A stretch of DNA of 32,862 nt from a virus (IMGVR_UViG_3300045597_000067:1-32862), one strand, 5' to 3'. Counted from the stretch's first letter, positions 23,672 through 31,966 are shown. Program-made: numbers and translations. Notes: generated by a model not told the origin, from the sequence alone.

Positions 23672-23832
23672 ACGGCTACACAATCAAAAGCGGTAACGCC
23701 GTATCTGATGTGCCTGAAACCGACGATGTTGGCGACATGGTGCGCCGAGCAAAGCAGACAGCAAGACTTACCGGGCAACCGGCAACAATCATAGATGACG
23801 AAGGCGAAGAGTGGATTACGGTCTACGCCTGA
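23668..23832 (+). CDS. Hypothetical small protein (54 aa)
   Basis: Start at ATG 23668 forms an ATGA overlap with the upstream stop (MNGYTIKSG...). The longer track ORF from 23572 would overlap the upstream gene by 100 nt. Confidence 0.5.
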   Translation: MNGYTIKSGNAVSDVPETDDVGDMVRRAKQTARLTGQPATIIDDEGEEWITVYA

Positions 23833-23848
23833 ACGAAAGGGAAACATC

Positions 23849-24298
23849 ATGCAGCAAGAAGCAAGGCTAATAGCAGAAGTATTCGATGATGTGGTCGCAA
23901 GGTTGGAGTCCGAGAAAGATGCCCGGAAAGTCGGCGTGTCCAGTACTCTTCAAATCGACGTGTCAGATGGTGCAATCGTCAGAGAGCTATCGAAGGCTTA
24001 TGCCAGTAAGCCCGTCTCGTATAGCGAGGATGAATATGTCGTGTTTGACATTATTCGTCGCGGCCATGTGAGTATGTACGTCACATACCGCCAAAAGCTC
24101 AAGCCGAGCGAATACTCGGAAGAGTACAAGCGCCGCCAGCAGATTGCACTTGACATGCTCTCAGAAGAGCAGAAGCAAGTGCTTCGGCTGCTTTCCATCC
24201 TCACCCGATATGGGCTTGATGCCGACCAAGGCAAAGCACTTATCGAGGACTTGAAGGCCGTTTACAACATCATCCCGAAGAAGGCCGAGAATGATTGA
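23849..24298 (+). CDS. Hypothetical protein
   Basis: Start at ATG 23849 after GAAAGGGAAAC (MQQEARLIAEVF...); 149 aa. Confidence 0.55.
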   Translation: MQQEARLIAEVFDDVVARLESEKDARKVGVSSTLQIDVSDGAIVRELSKAYASKPVSYSEDEYVVFDIIRRGHVSMYVTYRQKLKPSEYSEEYKRRQQIALDMLSEEQKQVLRLLSILTRYGLDADQGKALIEDLKAVYNIIPKKAEND

Positions 24299-24803
24299 GC
24301 ACAAGGAACTGTCAAGCAAGCCCTACGCCGAGAATCTGCCAAGCAAGTGGCGCGTGTGCAATCCCCACGCTATCGAGACACCACTCGGCGCTGCTGCCCT
24401 CGTGATTAATCCTTATGGCCGTCTTGCCGCTATCAATGGCACACACATCTTTCTCATAGATGAAGTGCGTGCCCGTGAATTGAGCGATTTTAGCGCCCGA
24501 TTATTCAATGCCCGAACCACTGTGGGGCTGTCTCAAGCCGAGCTTGCCGAACTTCTGCACACCTACAAGAACACGGTTTACCGGTGGGAAAACGGCAAGC
24601 GGCTGCCAAACGAGGAACGACAGCGAGAGATTATCGACATTATCGAAACGCTTGATGTTGTCGCCCACGACAAGGGCAAAGAGCCATATCTCAAAAACGT
24701 GAGATTCAGCAGCGAAGCCCCATCGCTTTCTGCTGCTGTGGTCACATCATCGCTGAAACCGAACCGCAATCATCTGACAAGGAGAAACGACAATGAGAAT
24801 TAA
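24291..24803 (+). CDS. XRE-family helix-turn-helix protein
   Basis: A 170-aa ORF. RTTVGLSQAELAELLHTYKNTVYRWENGKRLP is a canonical XRE HTH. It is preceded by an N-terminal domain of about 75 aa. Confidence 0.7.
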   Translation: MIEHKELSSKPYAENLPSKWRVCNPHAIETPLGAAALVINPYGRLAAINGTHIFLIDEVRARELSDFSARLFNARTTVGLSQAELAELLHTYKNTVYRWENGKRLPNEERQREIIDIIETLDVVAHDKGKEPYLKNVRFSSEAPSLSAAVVTSSLKPNRNHLTRRNDNEN

Positions 24804-25359
24804 TATCAGCAAGCCCCCGGTGCATCGTTGGCAGCCCATCACCTACAAGCACATCGCGCCACCTGACACACTGATGGAAGATGCCAGCAACGTGCTTGGC
24901 CGCCTGAAGCAGAGGATATTCAGCAGCGTGGGCAATCAGATTGAAAGAGCCGTGCTAGGCATCGCTAACACTGACGTGTCTCATACTCTTGAATCTCTCG
25001 TTATCCCCGACATGGAGCAGACCGAAGCGCCTGACGAAGCCGAAGATGAAGAAGAAGCCGCCCGCGAGAGCATATGGGATTATGTACCCGACCGAGAGCA
25101 ACTTATCCATTGGTATGACCCTGAATTTTCATCTTGGTGGAATGACGGTTACCACGATGATATGGACGAGGATGACAGAGAAGCCTTGGCACAGAGAGAA
25201 GCGGAAAACGGTATCGAGAATCTTGAACGCGCCGCGCTCACCTTCACCCCTACCGAGGTACTTGACATATACCAGGCTCTCAAGAACGGGAAAGGCACAA
25301 CAGAAGACCTCAATGAAGCGATGCAAACCATTTACAACAAGCGCAAGCAAGGAAGGTAA
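24793..25359 (+). CDS. Highly acidic hypothetical protein
   Basis: A 188-aa ORF with ATG after AAGGAGAA. It has D/E runs: EAPDEAEDEEEAARE and HDDMDEDDREALAQREAENG. Confidence 0.6.
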   Translation: MRINISKPPVHRWQPITYKHIAPPDTLMEDASNVLGRLKQRIFSSVGNQIERAVLGIANTDVSHTLESLVIPDMEQTEAPDEAEDEEEAARESIWDYVPDREQLIHWYDPEFSSWWNDGYHDDMDEDDREALAQREAENGIENLERAALTFTPTEVLDIYQALKNGKGTTEDLNEAMQTIYNKRKQGR

Positions 25360-25364
25360 CGATT

Positions 25365-25688
25365 ATGAGTGACACCAACGAGAATGAGCAGAGCACACCA
25401 CAAAGCGAGATTATCACCATTGAGACGGTTACCCGTCTTGTCAAACCGAAGCCCGAGGGCTGCGTGAGGGTACTGCTGGAATTTGACGGCACGTATATCG
25501 CGTATCTTGACAGTGACGGCGAGAACGACAAGGTGACGGTGCACCTCAATCCAGCGCTTATGGACAATGGAGCGCCATTCGACCACGACGCTATGGACAC
25601 TCTGCGCTCTTACGGGAACGCTTTGCTTGATGCTTGTGAGCATTACGTTACCGAGCAGCAATCCGAAAGAGAGGAAATTCAATCATGA
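25365..25688 (+). CDS. Hypothetical protein
   Basis: A 107-aa ORF with ATG after GGAAGG. Confidence 0.55.
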   Translation: MSDTNENEQSTPQSEIITIETVTRLVKPKPEGCVRVLLEFDGTYIAYLDSDGENDKVTVHLNPALMDNGAPFDHDAMDTLRSYGNALLDACEHYVTEQQSEREEIQS

Positions 25689-25900
25689 CAGAGGGGAAAA
25701 CGCCTACCGACAACGACATTAAAGCGGGTTATGTGCGTGCTTTTTGCAGTGCACGAAACACTAGACGTTGGGCACACTACTCAGCAATCGGTGAAAGGGC
25801 GTTCAACCGTTGGCTTGCCGCTCATGATGCTGATGTACTGCAACGGGCTATGGCGGTGATAGCAAAAGACACGGTCAGAAAAGGGGTTTTTGAATCATGA
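25685..25900 (+). CDS. Hypothetical protein
   Basis: A 71-aa ORF with an ATGA overlap with the upstream gene. Confidence 0.5.
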   Translation: MTEGKTPTDNDIKAGYVRAFCSARNTRRWAHYSAIGERAFNRWLAAHDADVLQRAMAVIAKDTVRKGVFES

Positions 25901-26268
25901 CACAGGAATACGAACCAATCAAACTCACCGAGAGTACGCCAGAGCCGGAAGACCGTGGATTGTATCTAATAATGGAATCCGATTCACCGGTTATAGTGGA
26001 TTCATTTTGGCTCGACACGAACGGATTCCTATACGAGGGCGAAGTGTATAGCTGGTCAGAAATACTCGACATCCACGCAGATAAACACGCACTATACCGT
26101 CTGGTTTCTCTTGCTGCTCATGATGCTCAGATACGCGCGGACGAACATGTTAGAGCGATGGAAGACGCTTACAGCAATTCTGATGAAGCGTACCTAGGCA
26201 AATATATCGAAGCCTTGGACATTGTGATTAAGGCAGTTGCTCAATACCGTAAGGAGCAGAAGCAATGA
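25897..26268 (+). CDS. Hypothetical protein
   Basis: A 123-aa ORF with an ATGA overlap with the upstream gene. Confidence 0.55.
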   Translation: MTQEYEPIKLTESTPEPEDRGLYLIMESDSPVIVDSFWLDTNGFLYEGEVYSWSEILDIHADKHALYRLVSLAAHDAQIRADEHVRAMEDAYSNSDEAYLGKYIEALDIVIKAVAQYRKEQKQ

Positions 26269-26441
26269 GTGAACCTATGGAAATCTTGGCATATGAGGAT
26301 AAGAAAGGTCTGTGGTCGGAAATCGACGGCAGGATATTCCGTGGTGATAACTGTTTCTTGCTGGACTCAAATATACGCGATGGCGGGTTTGGCGGTAACC
26401 ACAATCTCAGATACAAAGGCAAAAGGGAGCAGAAGCAATGA
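26265..26441 (+). CDS. Hypothetical small protein (58 aa, below the ORF-track cutoff), flanked by 17-bp direct repeats
   Basis: My translation is MSEPMEILAYEDKKGLWSEIDGRIFRGDNCFLLDSNIRDGGFGGNHNLRYKGKREQKQ. It has ATGA overlaps at both ends and exactly fills the gap between the listed ORFs. Confidence 0.5.
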   Translation: MSEPMEILAYEDKKGLWSEIDGRIFRGDNCFLLDSNIRDGGFGGNHNLRYKGKREQKQ

Positions 26442-26713
26442 GCAGTGATGAATGGGGATTCTATATCGCTCCCCCAGGAACGGCTATTGAAGATGCAGAT
26501 GCTTGGCAAAAGCTGGACAACGCATCGTTAGTCGAGGAAATAGACGGCGAGGATGACGGCGACGTGCTCTCGCTAGATACGACAATCGAAGCGACAATGA
26601 ATATCCCTATGCGTGGGTTGTCTCAAATCTTGGCGATGTTCTCGCATGAACTTATCTATACCGTCCACCCAACGCAACCGTGGCGGGGGCTTACTGAGGT
26701 GGGGTACTACTGA
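26438..26713 (+). CDS. Hypothetical protein
   Basis: A 91-aa ORF with an ATGA overlap upstream. Confidence 0.55.
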   Translation: MSSDEWGFYIAPPGTAIEDADAWQKLDNASLVEEIDGEDDGDVLSLDTTIEATMNIPMRGLSQILAMFSHELIYTVHPTQPWRGLTEVGYY

Positions 26714-26958
26714 TGCCGAAGAAGAAGATATATCGCATCGAGCAACGGGCAATAGTGGTTGACGTGCAATATCTCGTAGCTGAGAGCAAGGCCGAAGCGA
26801 AACGCAAGTTTGCGAATGGCGAATACAACGATGACTTCTCGGACACCAAAGACATGGGGGACACGACAACCTCAGTCAAAGTGTTCGTAGCTGATGAAAA
26901 TGAGTCGAGCGAAGCGATGGATATATTCCAATTTGAGAAGGTAAGAGGGAACTTGTAA
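26713..26958 (+). CDS. Hypothetical protein
   Basis: An 81-aa ORF with a TGATG overlap upstream and a TAATG overlap downstream. Confidence 0.55.
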   Translation: MPKKKIYRIEQRAIVVDVQYLVAESKAEAKRKFANGEYNDDFSDTKDMGDTTTSVKVFVADENESSEAMDIFQFEKVRGNL

Positions 26959-27371
26959 TGAAAGATAAACCGATCGAAGAGACACGGCGCTTGTGCGGCC
27001 AGCGAGATAGTGAGCGTTGCGTGAGGTGTGGGAAGAGCTTGTACAACGTTCCCGCGTCACTGCATCATCGCAGACTTCGCGGCACTAAGGGCTTCGACAC
27101 TCACTTGTCCGCTAACCTCATATGGCTCTGTGGGAGTGGTACTACCGGGTGTCACGGATATGTCCACGCTCACCCCGCCGAGAGCTACGAAAAAGGTTGG
27201 ATGGTGCACAGTTGGGCAACGCCGAGCAGCGTACCCGTTTTGACCGCTCTCAATGGCCTTGTGACGCTCGACAACGCATATAGGTACAAAGAGGTGGACT
27301 CAAGCATGAAAGGGGGTACAGATGCCGATTACAGCACGAATGAGGGAACGCATAATCAAATGGCACAATGA
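26958..27371 (+). CDS. HNH endonuclease
   Basis: A 137-aa ORF. RCVRCGK...ASLHHRRLRG...NLIWLCGSGTTGCHGYVH gives the Cys pairs plus the H-N-H arrangement. Confidence 0.75.
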   Translation: MKDKPIEETRRLCGQRDSERCVRCGKSLYNVPASLHHRRLRGTKGFDTHLSANLIWLCGSGTTGCHGYVHAHPAESYEKGWMVHSWATPSSVPVLTALNGLVTLDNAYRYKEVDSSMKGGTDADYSTNEGTHNQMAQ

Positions 27372-27480
27372 CCACTACACCGTCAGCGAGATAGCTCGGA
27401 TAGTGAAACGGCCAGAAGAGGAAGTGAGAACCGTTATCAGAGAAGAACCGATACGCCGCAACCGCAAGTCGGAAGCATAG
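27322..27480 (+). CDS. Small HTH-like protein (52 aa, below the ORF-track cutoff)
   Basis: My translation from ATG 27322 (7 nt after AAAGGGGG) is MPITARMRERIIKWHNDHYTVSEIARIVKRPEEEVRTVIREEPIRRNRKSEA. It ends 1 nt before the terminator hairpin and overlaps the HNH 3' end by 50 nt. Confidence 0.45.
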   Translation: MPITARMRERIIKWHNDHYTVSEIARIVKRPEEEVRTVIREEPIRRNRKSEA

Positions 27481-27516
27481 AATAAGCCCCCTAGCCAGCA
27501 CGCTAGGGGGCTTATT
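27481..27516. terminator. Bidirectional terminator hairpin between the convergent arms
   Basis: A perfect 14-bp stem, aataagccccctag / ctagggggcttatt, with an 8-nt loop. It lies between the last plus-arm stop (27480) and the holin stop (27566). Confidence 0.75.
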
Positions 27517-27565
27517 GCAACTGGAATACGGTAGGTATCAGAAACCGCAACCAAGTATCACTGTA

Positions 27566-27904
27566 TCACCTTGATTCAGGTGCTTCGGTTACCGGCTCTA
27601 CGGGTACCGTGGTGCCGGTATTCTCGATATAGTCTTTGGAGAGGTTACCGGCGACAGCCTTGTTAATGGCCGAGTAGACAATCTGGCTGACCGCGACAAC
27701 CGCGAGGATGACAGCAGCGACAGTGTAGCCGCTAGCAAAGCCACCGGTCACACCAACGGCGACAAGGCCAAGAACCACCGAAACGATAAGGCTGAATACC
27801 TGCACCCATTCCGGGGGGACGAATCGCTTGAATATCTGAGTAAGTACCGGCGCAATGATGCCGACAATAGCCGTGGCTACCGTGGTAGCTAGTTGTGTAT
27901 CCAT
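27566..27904 (-). CDS. Holin
   Basis: A 112-aa ORF with hydrophobic helices (VATAIVGIIAPVL; VFSLIVSVVLGLVAVGV; VAAVILAVVAVSQIV) and a polar C-terminal tail. It lies directly downstream of the endolysin, after a GAAGG RBS. Confidence 0.7.
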   Translation of the reverse strand: MDTQLATTVATAIVGIIAPVLTQIFKRFVPPEWVQVFSLIVSVVLGLVAVGVTGGFASGYTVAAVILAVVAVSQIVYSAINKAVAGNLSKDYIENTGTTVPVEPVTEAPESR

Positions 27905-27906
27905 TG

Positions 27907-29238
27907 TTAGAACCTTCCTGAGTTAAGTCGTGTTTGCAGCGCCCGGACGGTTGCATGTCCGAAGTTCCCGTCAGGCGTTACCCCTAGCCTACGCTGGATA
28001 GCACGAATCGTAGTAGGGCCAAGCAGCCCATCTTGTGGCAACCCGAGCACAGCTTGCACCCTGCGAATGAGCTGAGAGCCACGCCAGCCGTATGTGTACG
28101 ATTCAAGGCCGACGCGAGTGTAACCGCGTGGCCGCACCTGACCGGACACCACGCCGTCCACATTGGTGCCCATTACCTGCTGCCATAGGCCAATAGTGGC
28201 GCGTCCTGCATATCCATCTACGCGAACTACTGAGGTAGACCATGTGCGGGCTAGAGCGGCTTGTGTGAGCGCTCCGGCGTACCCATCGACCGCAAGCCCA
28301 TGCTTGCTCTGAAAGTCCGCTACAGCGGCTCTCGTGGCGTTTCCGAAGTATCCATCGACGGCCAACTTATAGCCGAACGTGTTGAGCAAGCGTTGCGTCT
28401 GCGCCACCGAATAGCCAAGATAGGTGCCATGCGGCACTGTGCTAGCCACCGGATTAGGTACCGGCACGGTATTGGTTGTAGCGCCACTACCGAACGCATC
28501 TGACCGGGCAAGGTTAGTGTCCAAATTGCCGGCATATCCACTTACCCGACCTGACGAAGTGTATTGGTGAATCGACCAAGCCGACCAATACGCCACCGAA
28601 GGTGAGCCATGATAAGCGCCATTGTTGTTGCCGTAATTCGCTACCCACAGCTTGACACCTGACGCTGCCACGGATGACCAGTTATAGGCGCGGGTGACAG
28701 AACTCGACATGTACACATACACGTTCGCATTCGAACCGAGACGTGAGCGCACCTGCTGCACCCATGCTTGTACCTTCGACGGGCTGACGAAACGCGACTC
28801 TTCGGCATCGTATACAAGCGGGTCACCCTGCTTGTAACTCACAAGCCCGTTCACGAACCTATTCGCCGCTTCTGTGGGGTTGGTGTAACCGTTGTAGTAG
28901 TAATGGCCGAGATTACGTCCTGACGCTCTCACGGCCTGCGCATTGCGCGAATAAAGGGGGTCAGTGTAGAAGTACCCAATGTCCGAACCGGATTGCTTCA
29001 CAATGACGTAGCTACCAAGCACATTAATGTTGATATTGCCTTGCCACCGGCTAATGTCATGGCCGATAGATGTACCGCTATTCGATACGGCTACCGTTTT
29101 AACCGGCGCTGGATTGACAGCGACAGCCGCGGTTACATTGCCTTGCGGCTCAGCATTCGCGGTGGTTGCGGCCAAGCCCATCGAGCCTAGCGACGCTACC
29201 GCAACAAGCGCCGCCAGGAATGCCTTGAATCGTCTCAC
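27907..29238 (-). CDS. Endolysin: signal peptide + GH25 muramidase + peptidoglycan-binding repeats
   Basis: N-terminal signal MRRFKAFLAALVAVASLGSMGLAATTANA/EP. GH25 pattern GHDISRWQGNINI...YVIVKQS...GHYYY...DAEE...LWVANYG...WSIHQYTSSGRVSGYAGNLDTN. Three PG-binding-type repeats (VDGYFGNATRAAVADFQ, VDGYAGRAT, QDGLLGPTTIRAIQRRLG...DGNFGHATVRALQ). GTG start. Confidence 0.85.
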   Translation of the reverse strand: MRRFKAFLAALVAVASLGSMGLAATTANAEPQGNVTAAVAVNPAPVKTVAVSNSGTSIGHDISRWQGNININVLGSYVIVKQSGSDIGYFYTDPLYSRNAQAVRASGRNLGHYYYNGYTNPTEAANRFVNGLVSYKQGDPLVYDAEESRFVSPSKVQAWVQQVRSRLGSNANVYVYMSSSVTRAYNWSSVAASGVKLWVANYGNNNGAYHGSPSVAYWSAWSIHQYTSSGRVSGYAGNLDTNLARSDAFGSGATTNTVPVPNPVASTVPHGTYLGYSVAQTQRLLNTFGYKLAVDGYFGNATRAAVADFQSKHGLAVDGYAGALTQAALARTWSTSVVRVDGYAGRATIGLWQQVMGTNVDGVVSGQVRPRGYTRVGLESYTYGWRGSQLIRRVQAVLGLPQDGLLGPTTIRAIQRRLGVTPDGNFGHATVRALQTRLNSGRF

Positions 29239-29738
29239 TTGTCCGCTCCCTCTGCTGTCACGTCTACAGCCGCGTTAGCTCCCGTGGCGCTCTTAATCGT
29301 GGTCTTACCGTCCAAGGTGACCTTGACAGTCAAATCACCATCACCGGTACCGTTCTGCACGCTCACGGTGACTTGCTGCCCCTTGTCTACAGTCAAATCG
29401 TCCTTGTAGGGCAGTGGCACGTTTTGCAGCGTGCTAGTCCGCGCCTGACTATCTCCGACCTCAGTAGATTCAGACGCTTGTGGCGTTGCATTACCCGCGT
29501 CGGTACCAGTGGCGCCGTCTGACGGTTTAAGCCCCGTATCCGGGTCAATGACGGTTATCGTCACATCTGTGGCCATGCCCTCACCGTCGATGGATACCGA
29601 AGCTGTGGACTTCTCCACCGGCTTGCTTGACGTTGTGGACGGCTCGGGCTTAACCGAGTCGTTACCGCCGCACGCTGCGACAGTCACGCCAAGCAGTACG
29701 GCCAGCAAAGCCGCTGTGAGCTTTCTTGCTCTCTGCAT
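29235..29738 (-). CDS. Secreted lipoprotein inside the lysis cassette
   Basis: MQRARKLTAALLAVLLGVTVAAC-GGN is a signal peptide with a lipobox Cys. The mature part is Thr/Ser/Asp/Gly-rich and beta-like. Its stop overlaps the endolysin GTG start (GTGA). Confidence 0.7.
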   Translation of the reverse strand: MQRARKLTAALLAVLLGVTVAACGGNDSVKPEPSTTSSKPVEKSTASVSIDGEGMATDVTITVIDPDTGLKPSDGATGTDAGNATPQASESTEVGDSQARTSTLQNVPLPYKDDLTVDKGQQVTVSVQNGTGDGDLTVKVTLDGKTTIKSATGANAAVDVTAEGADK

Positions 29739-29750
29739 ATTCTTTCCTTC

Positions 29751-30146
29751 CTATTTGAACCAACCGATAAGAAACGTGGCAAGAGCTGTGGCGAAATAGC
29801 CCACAACCTGAAACCACGTCCGACCTGACACGTCCTTAAACCACTCGTAAACGCGATGTGACCACCGGCGCGGCCTATCCATTCGCGCCTTAATCTCGGA
29901 CACGTCGCCCTGAATGCCGCTCATATCGCCGCGCATGTCCTGCATCTGAGACTGTATGCTGTCCACGCTATCGGCCAAACGCTCGAACTTCTCTTCGGGT
30001 ACATGGTCTTTCTCAAGCACGGTAATTCGACTTTCGTAAGCTGTATGCTCTTTCAGCGATTGTTGGATAGTGGCGGTGAGCTGTCCTAGTGCCCTCTGCG
30101 TCTCCAAAATCGCCGTGAGTACTGTAGGTTCATCCCCGCTCATCAT
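29751..30146 (-). CDS. XhlA-like protein (coiled coil plus C-terminal TM segment)
   Basis: Start placed at ATG 30146 (ATGA overlap with the fibre stop): MMSGDEPT.... Heptad-like region IQSQMQDMRGDMSGIQGDVSEIKARMD, then the C-terminal TM segment WFQVVGYFATALATFLIGWF. The architecture resembles PBSX XhlA. Confidence 0.5.
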   Translation of the reverse strand: MMSGDEPTVLTAILETQRALGQLTATIQQSLKEHTAYESRITVLEKDHVPEEKFERLADSVDSIQSQMQDMRGDMSGIQGDVSEIKARMDRPRRWSHRVYEWFKDVSGRTWFQVVGYFATALATFLIGWFK

Positions 30147-31894
30147 GAAGCCAAAAACGTGCCGGGGACAATCGAGCAAATATCGTTAGCCGCCTTCGCA
30201 ACATTTACATAAAGCGTCACTGCACCGGATGTAGATATATCCATATACATGCCGTCACTATCGTTTGGACTAGAAAACATGACTCGACGATTAGGCCACA
30301 TATTTGGCGGCGGCAAAGTAACAAGGGAAGCTGTCCCGCCTCTAGGCACAGCAGTGGAGAACTTAGGACGTGCGTTATCGAACCGCACTGCTACTAAGCC
30401 GCCCTTAAACTCGAAGATAATATCGGTATTAAGTGGGTTCTTTGCATTGCTTGCACTGACAACTACTGTCTGACTTTCAGTCGTAGCCGAATCGCCCTTG
30501 TCGCCTTTATCGCCCTTGTCTCCCTTGTCTCCCTTAGCTCCCGGCTCACCTTTCAATCCTGAGAAAGCAAACGCTAGAGCGCGGTTTTGTGGTGTCCCAT
30601 TAACAGCTATATCGACCTTTGGAGTGCCTGAAACTGAGTACGTATCACCTGCGAACCAATTGATGCCGAGAGCTTGCAGCACGTCATAGTCGCTTGCAGT
30701 GTATTGCGCGAATCGCTCAAACGTGACACTCTGCCCAACGCCTGAGCCACCCGAGGAAGAACCGACGAAAAAGATAGCATGGTCACCAATAGTGTCAGTT
30801 TTCCACCACCGTTCGCCGTTATCGTTCTGCTTGAGCAACATAGCGTTTTGCAGCGTCGTTCGGATAGTGGTGCCAGCGGGAAGCTTGTAATAGATAACCG
30901 TTCCAACCGGCAAATCTGTTGGCAATATGCTATAAACTGCCGAAGAGCCGGCTGATGTGCTTGTGTATTCCCACTTGTCGCCAACCTTGGCCGAAGTACC
31001 GTTTAATACGTCGTACTTTAGGGCCGCGTTAGGGTCTGTAATGTTGTTGGTTGCTACAAGTGTGCCATCTTTCGAGAGAGTGCTCTTAGAGCCGTAGCTA
31101 TTCGTGGTACCAGTCCAAGCGGTGCTATACAACCCTGCTACTACTGAGCCGATAGCAGCGGTAGAATCGCCCTTCGGCCCGGTATCGCCCTTGTCGCCTT
31201 TATCGCCCTTCGGCCCAGTACCACCGGCGATAGTGTAGCTCTTATACAGTGATGCAGTGAAGTTGCTGCCTGAAATACCGGTAATCCGGTAATAGCTTGT
31301 CACCATGCCGCCAGTAGTGTTCAAAGCCTGAGAAACGACGGTATCGCTAACCCTGACAGTGTCAGAGGGGACAAGATTAGCTATAGGCGCTGTGGTATTA
31401 TTCCCCGACAGCGAACCGTTATATGAGCGAATCGACGTGGCCTTCTGAGCTGTCTCGATAGCGTCATAAAACTCTTTCAGAGCATCCTGAACGTCAGCGC
31501 TCCCAGCCCTGATAACGCTCGGCTCGACAATCATGGAGATGTTTCGAGTGCAAAGCACCCGGCTACTATCAGAAGTGCATATCTGCAAAGAGAACACACC
31601 ACAGACCACGCCGATAATAGCTTGACGCGGTATATACCCCGAGAAGGTAAGCGGATTAGTAGAAACACGGTTAAGCGTCACATATCCCCCACCATGCCCC
31701 ACATCATTCATATTCGTGTTGAAAGCCAACCTACCCGCGAGAGTTGAATCTTCCACATCTTCGCCTTTTGCGCGAATAATGAACTTAATCTTTCGACCGT
31801 TAAGGTCATCTTCGCTAACTATGACGGGCTGCACATAATCGTTAGATGTATCCACCACTCGCTCGATAGTGTCAAAGTCCTCGATTGTTGCCAT
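30143..31894 (-). CDS. Tail fibre / receptor-binding protein with a BppU-like N-terminus and two collagen-like GXY blocks
   Basis: Start placed at ATG 31894, 8 nt after AAGGA (the track's TTG at 31927 is unlikely). Collagen blocks GPKGDKGDKGDTGPKGD and GEPGAKGDKGDKGDKGDKGD. A C-terminal domain of about 115 aa follows the second block. Confidence 0.75.
   Translation of the reverse strand: MATIEDFDTIERVVDTSNDYVQPVIVSEDDLNGRKIKFIIRAKGEDVEDSTLAGRLAFNTNMNDVGHGGGYVTLNRVSTNPLTFSGYIPRQAIIGVVCGVFSLQICTSDSSRVLCTRNISMIVEPSVIRAGSADVQDALKEFYDAIETAQKATSIRSYNGSLSGNNTTAPIANLVPSDTVRVSDTVVSQALNTTGGMVTSYYRITGISGSNFTASLYKSYTIAGGTGPKGDKGDKGDTGPKGDSTAAIGSVVAGLYSTAWTGTTNSYGSKSTLSKDGTLVATNNITDPNAALKYDVLNGTSAKVGDKWEYTSTSAGSSAVYSILPTDLPVGTVIYYKLPAGTTIRTTLQNAMLLKQNDNGERWWKTDTIGDHAIFFVGSSSGGSGVGQSVTFERFAQYTASDYDVLQALGINWFAGDTYSVSGTPKVDIAVNGTPQNRALAFAFSGLKGEPGAKGDKGDKGDKGDKGDSATTESQTVVVSASNAKNPLNTDIIFEFKGGLVAVRFDNARPKFSTAVPRGGTASLVTLPPPNMWPNRRVMFSSPNDSDGMYMDISTSGAVTLYVNVAKAANDICSIVPGTFLAS
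30491..30517. repeat. 27-nt exact repeat in collagen block 2 (partner at 31184-31210)
   Basis: The string atcgcccttgtcgcctttatcgccctt is present at both positions. Confidence 0.85.
31184..31210. repeat. 27-nt exact repeat in collagen block 1 (partner at 30491-30517)
   Basis: Same 27-mer. The offset is 693 nt, which equals 231 codons. Confidence 0.85.
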
Positions 31895-31966
31895 TGTCTG
31901 AATCCTTAATCTCTGAGGGGTAGCCAATAATTGACTACCCCCAGCATATAGGAACGGTTACCATTA

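Noticed and set aside
31917-31941. A 7-bp hairpin (ggggtag / ctacccc) between the Tal and fibre genes, considered as a terminator
   Set aside because: The stem is short, with an 11-nt loop and no U-tract. It lies in a 72-bp gap inside an operon that must be read through. I noted it but do not consider it supportable as a terminator.
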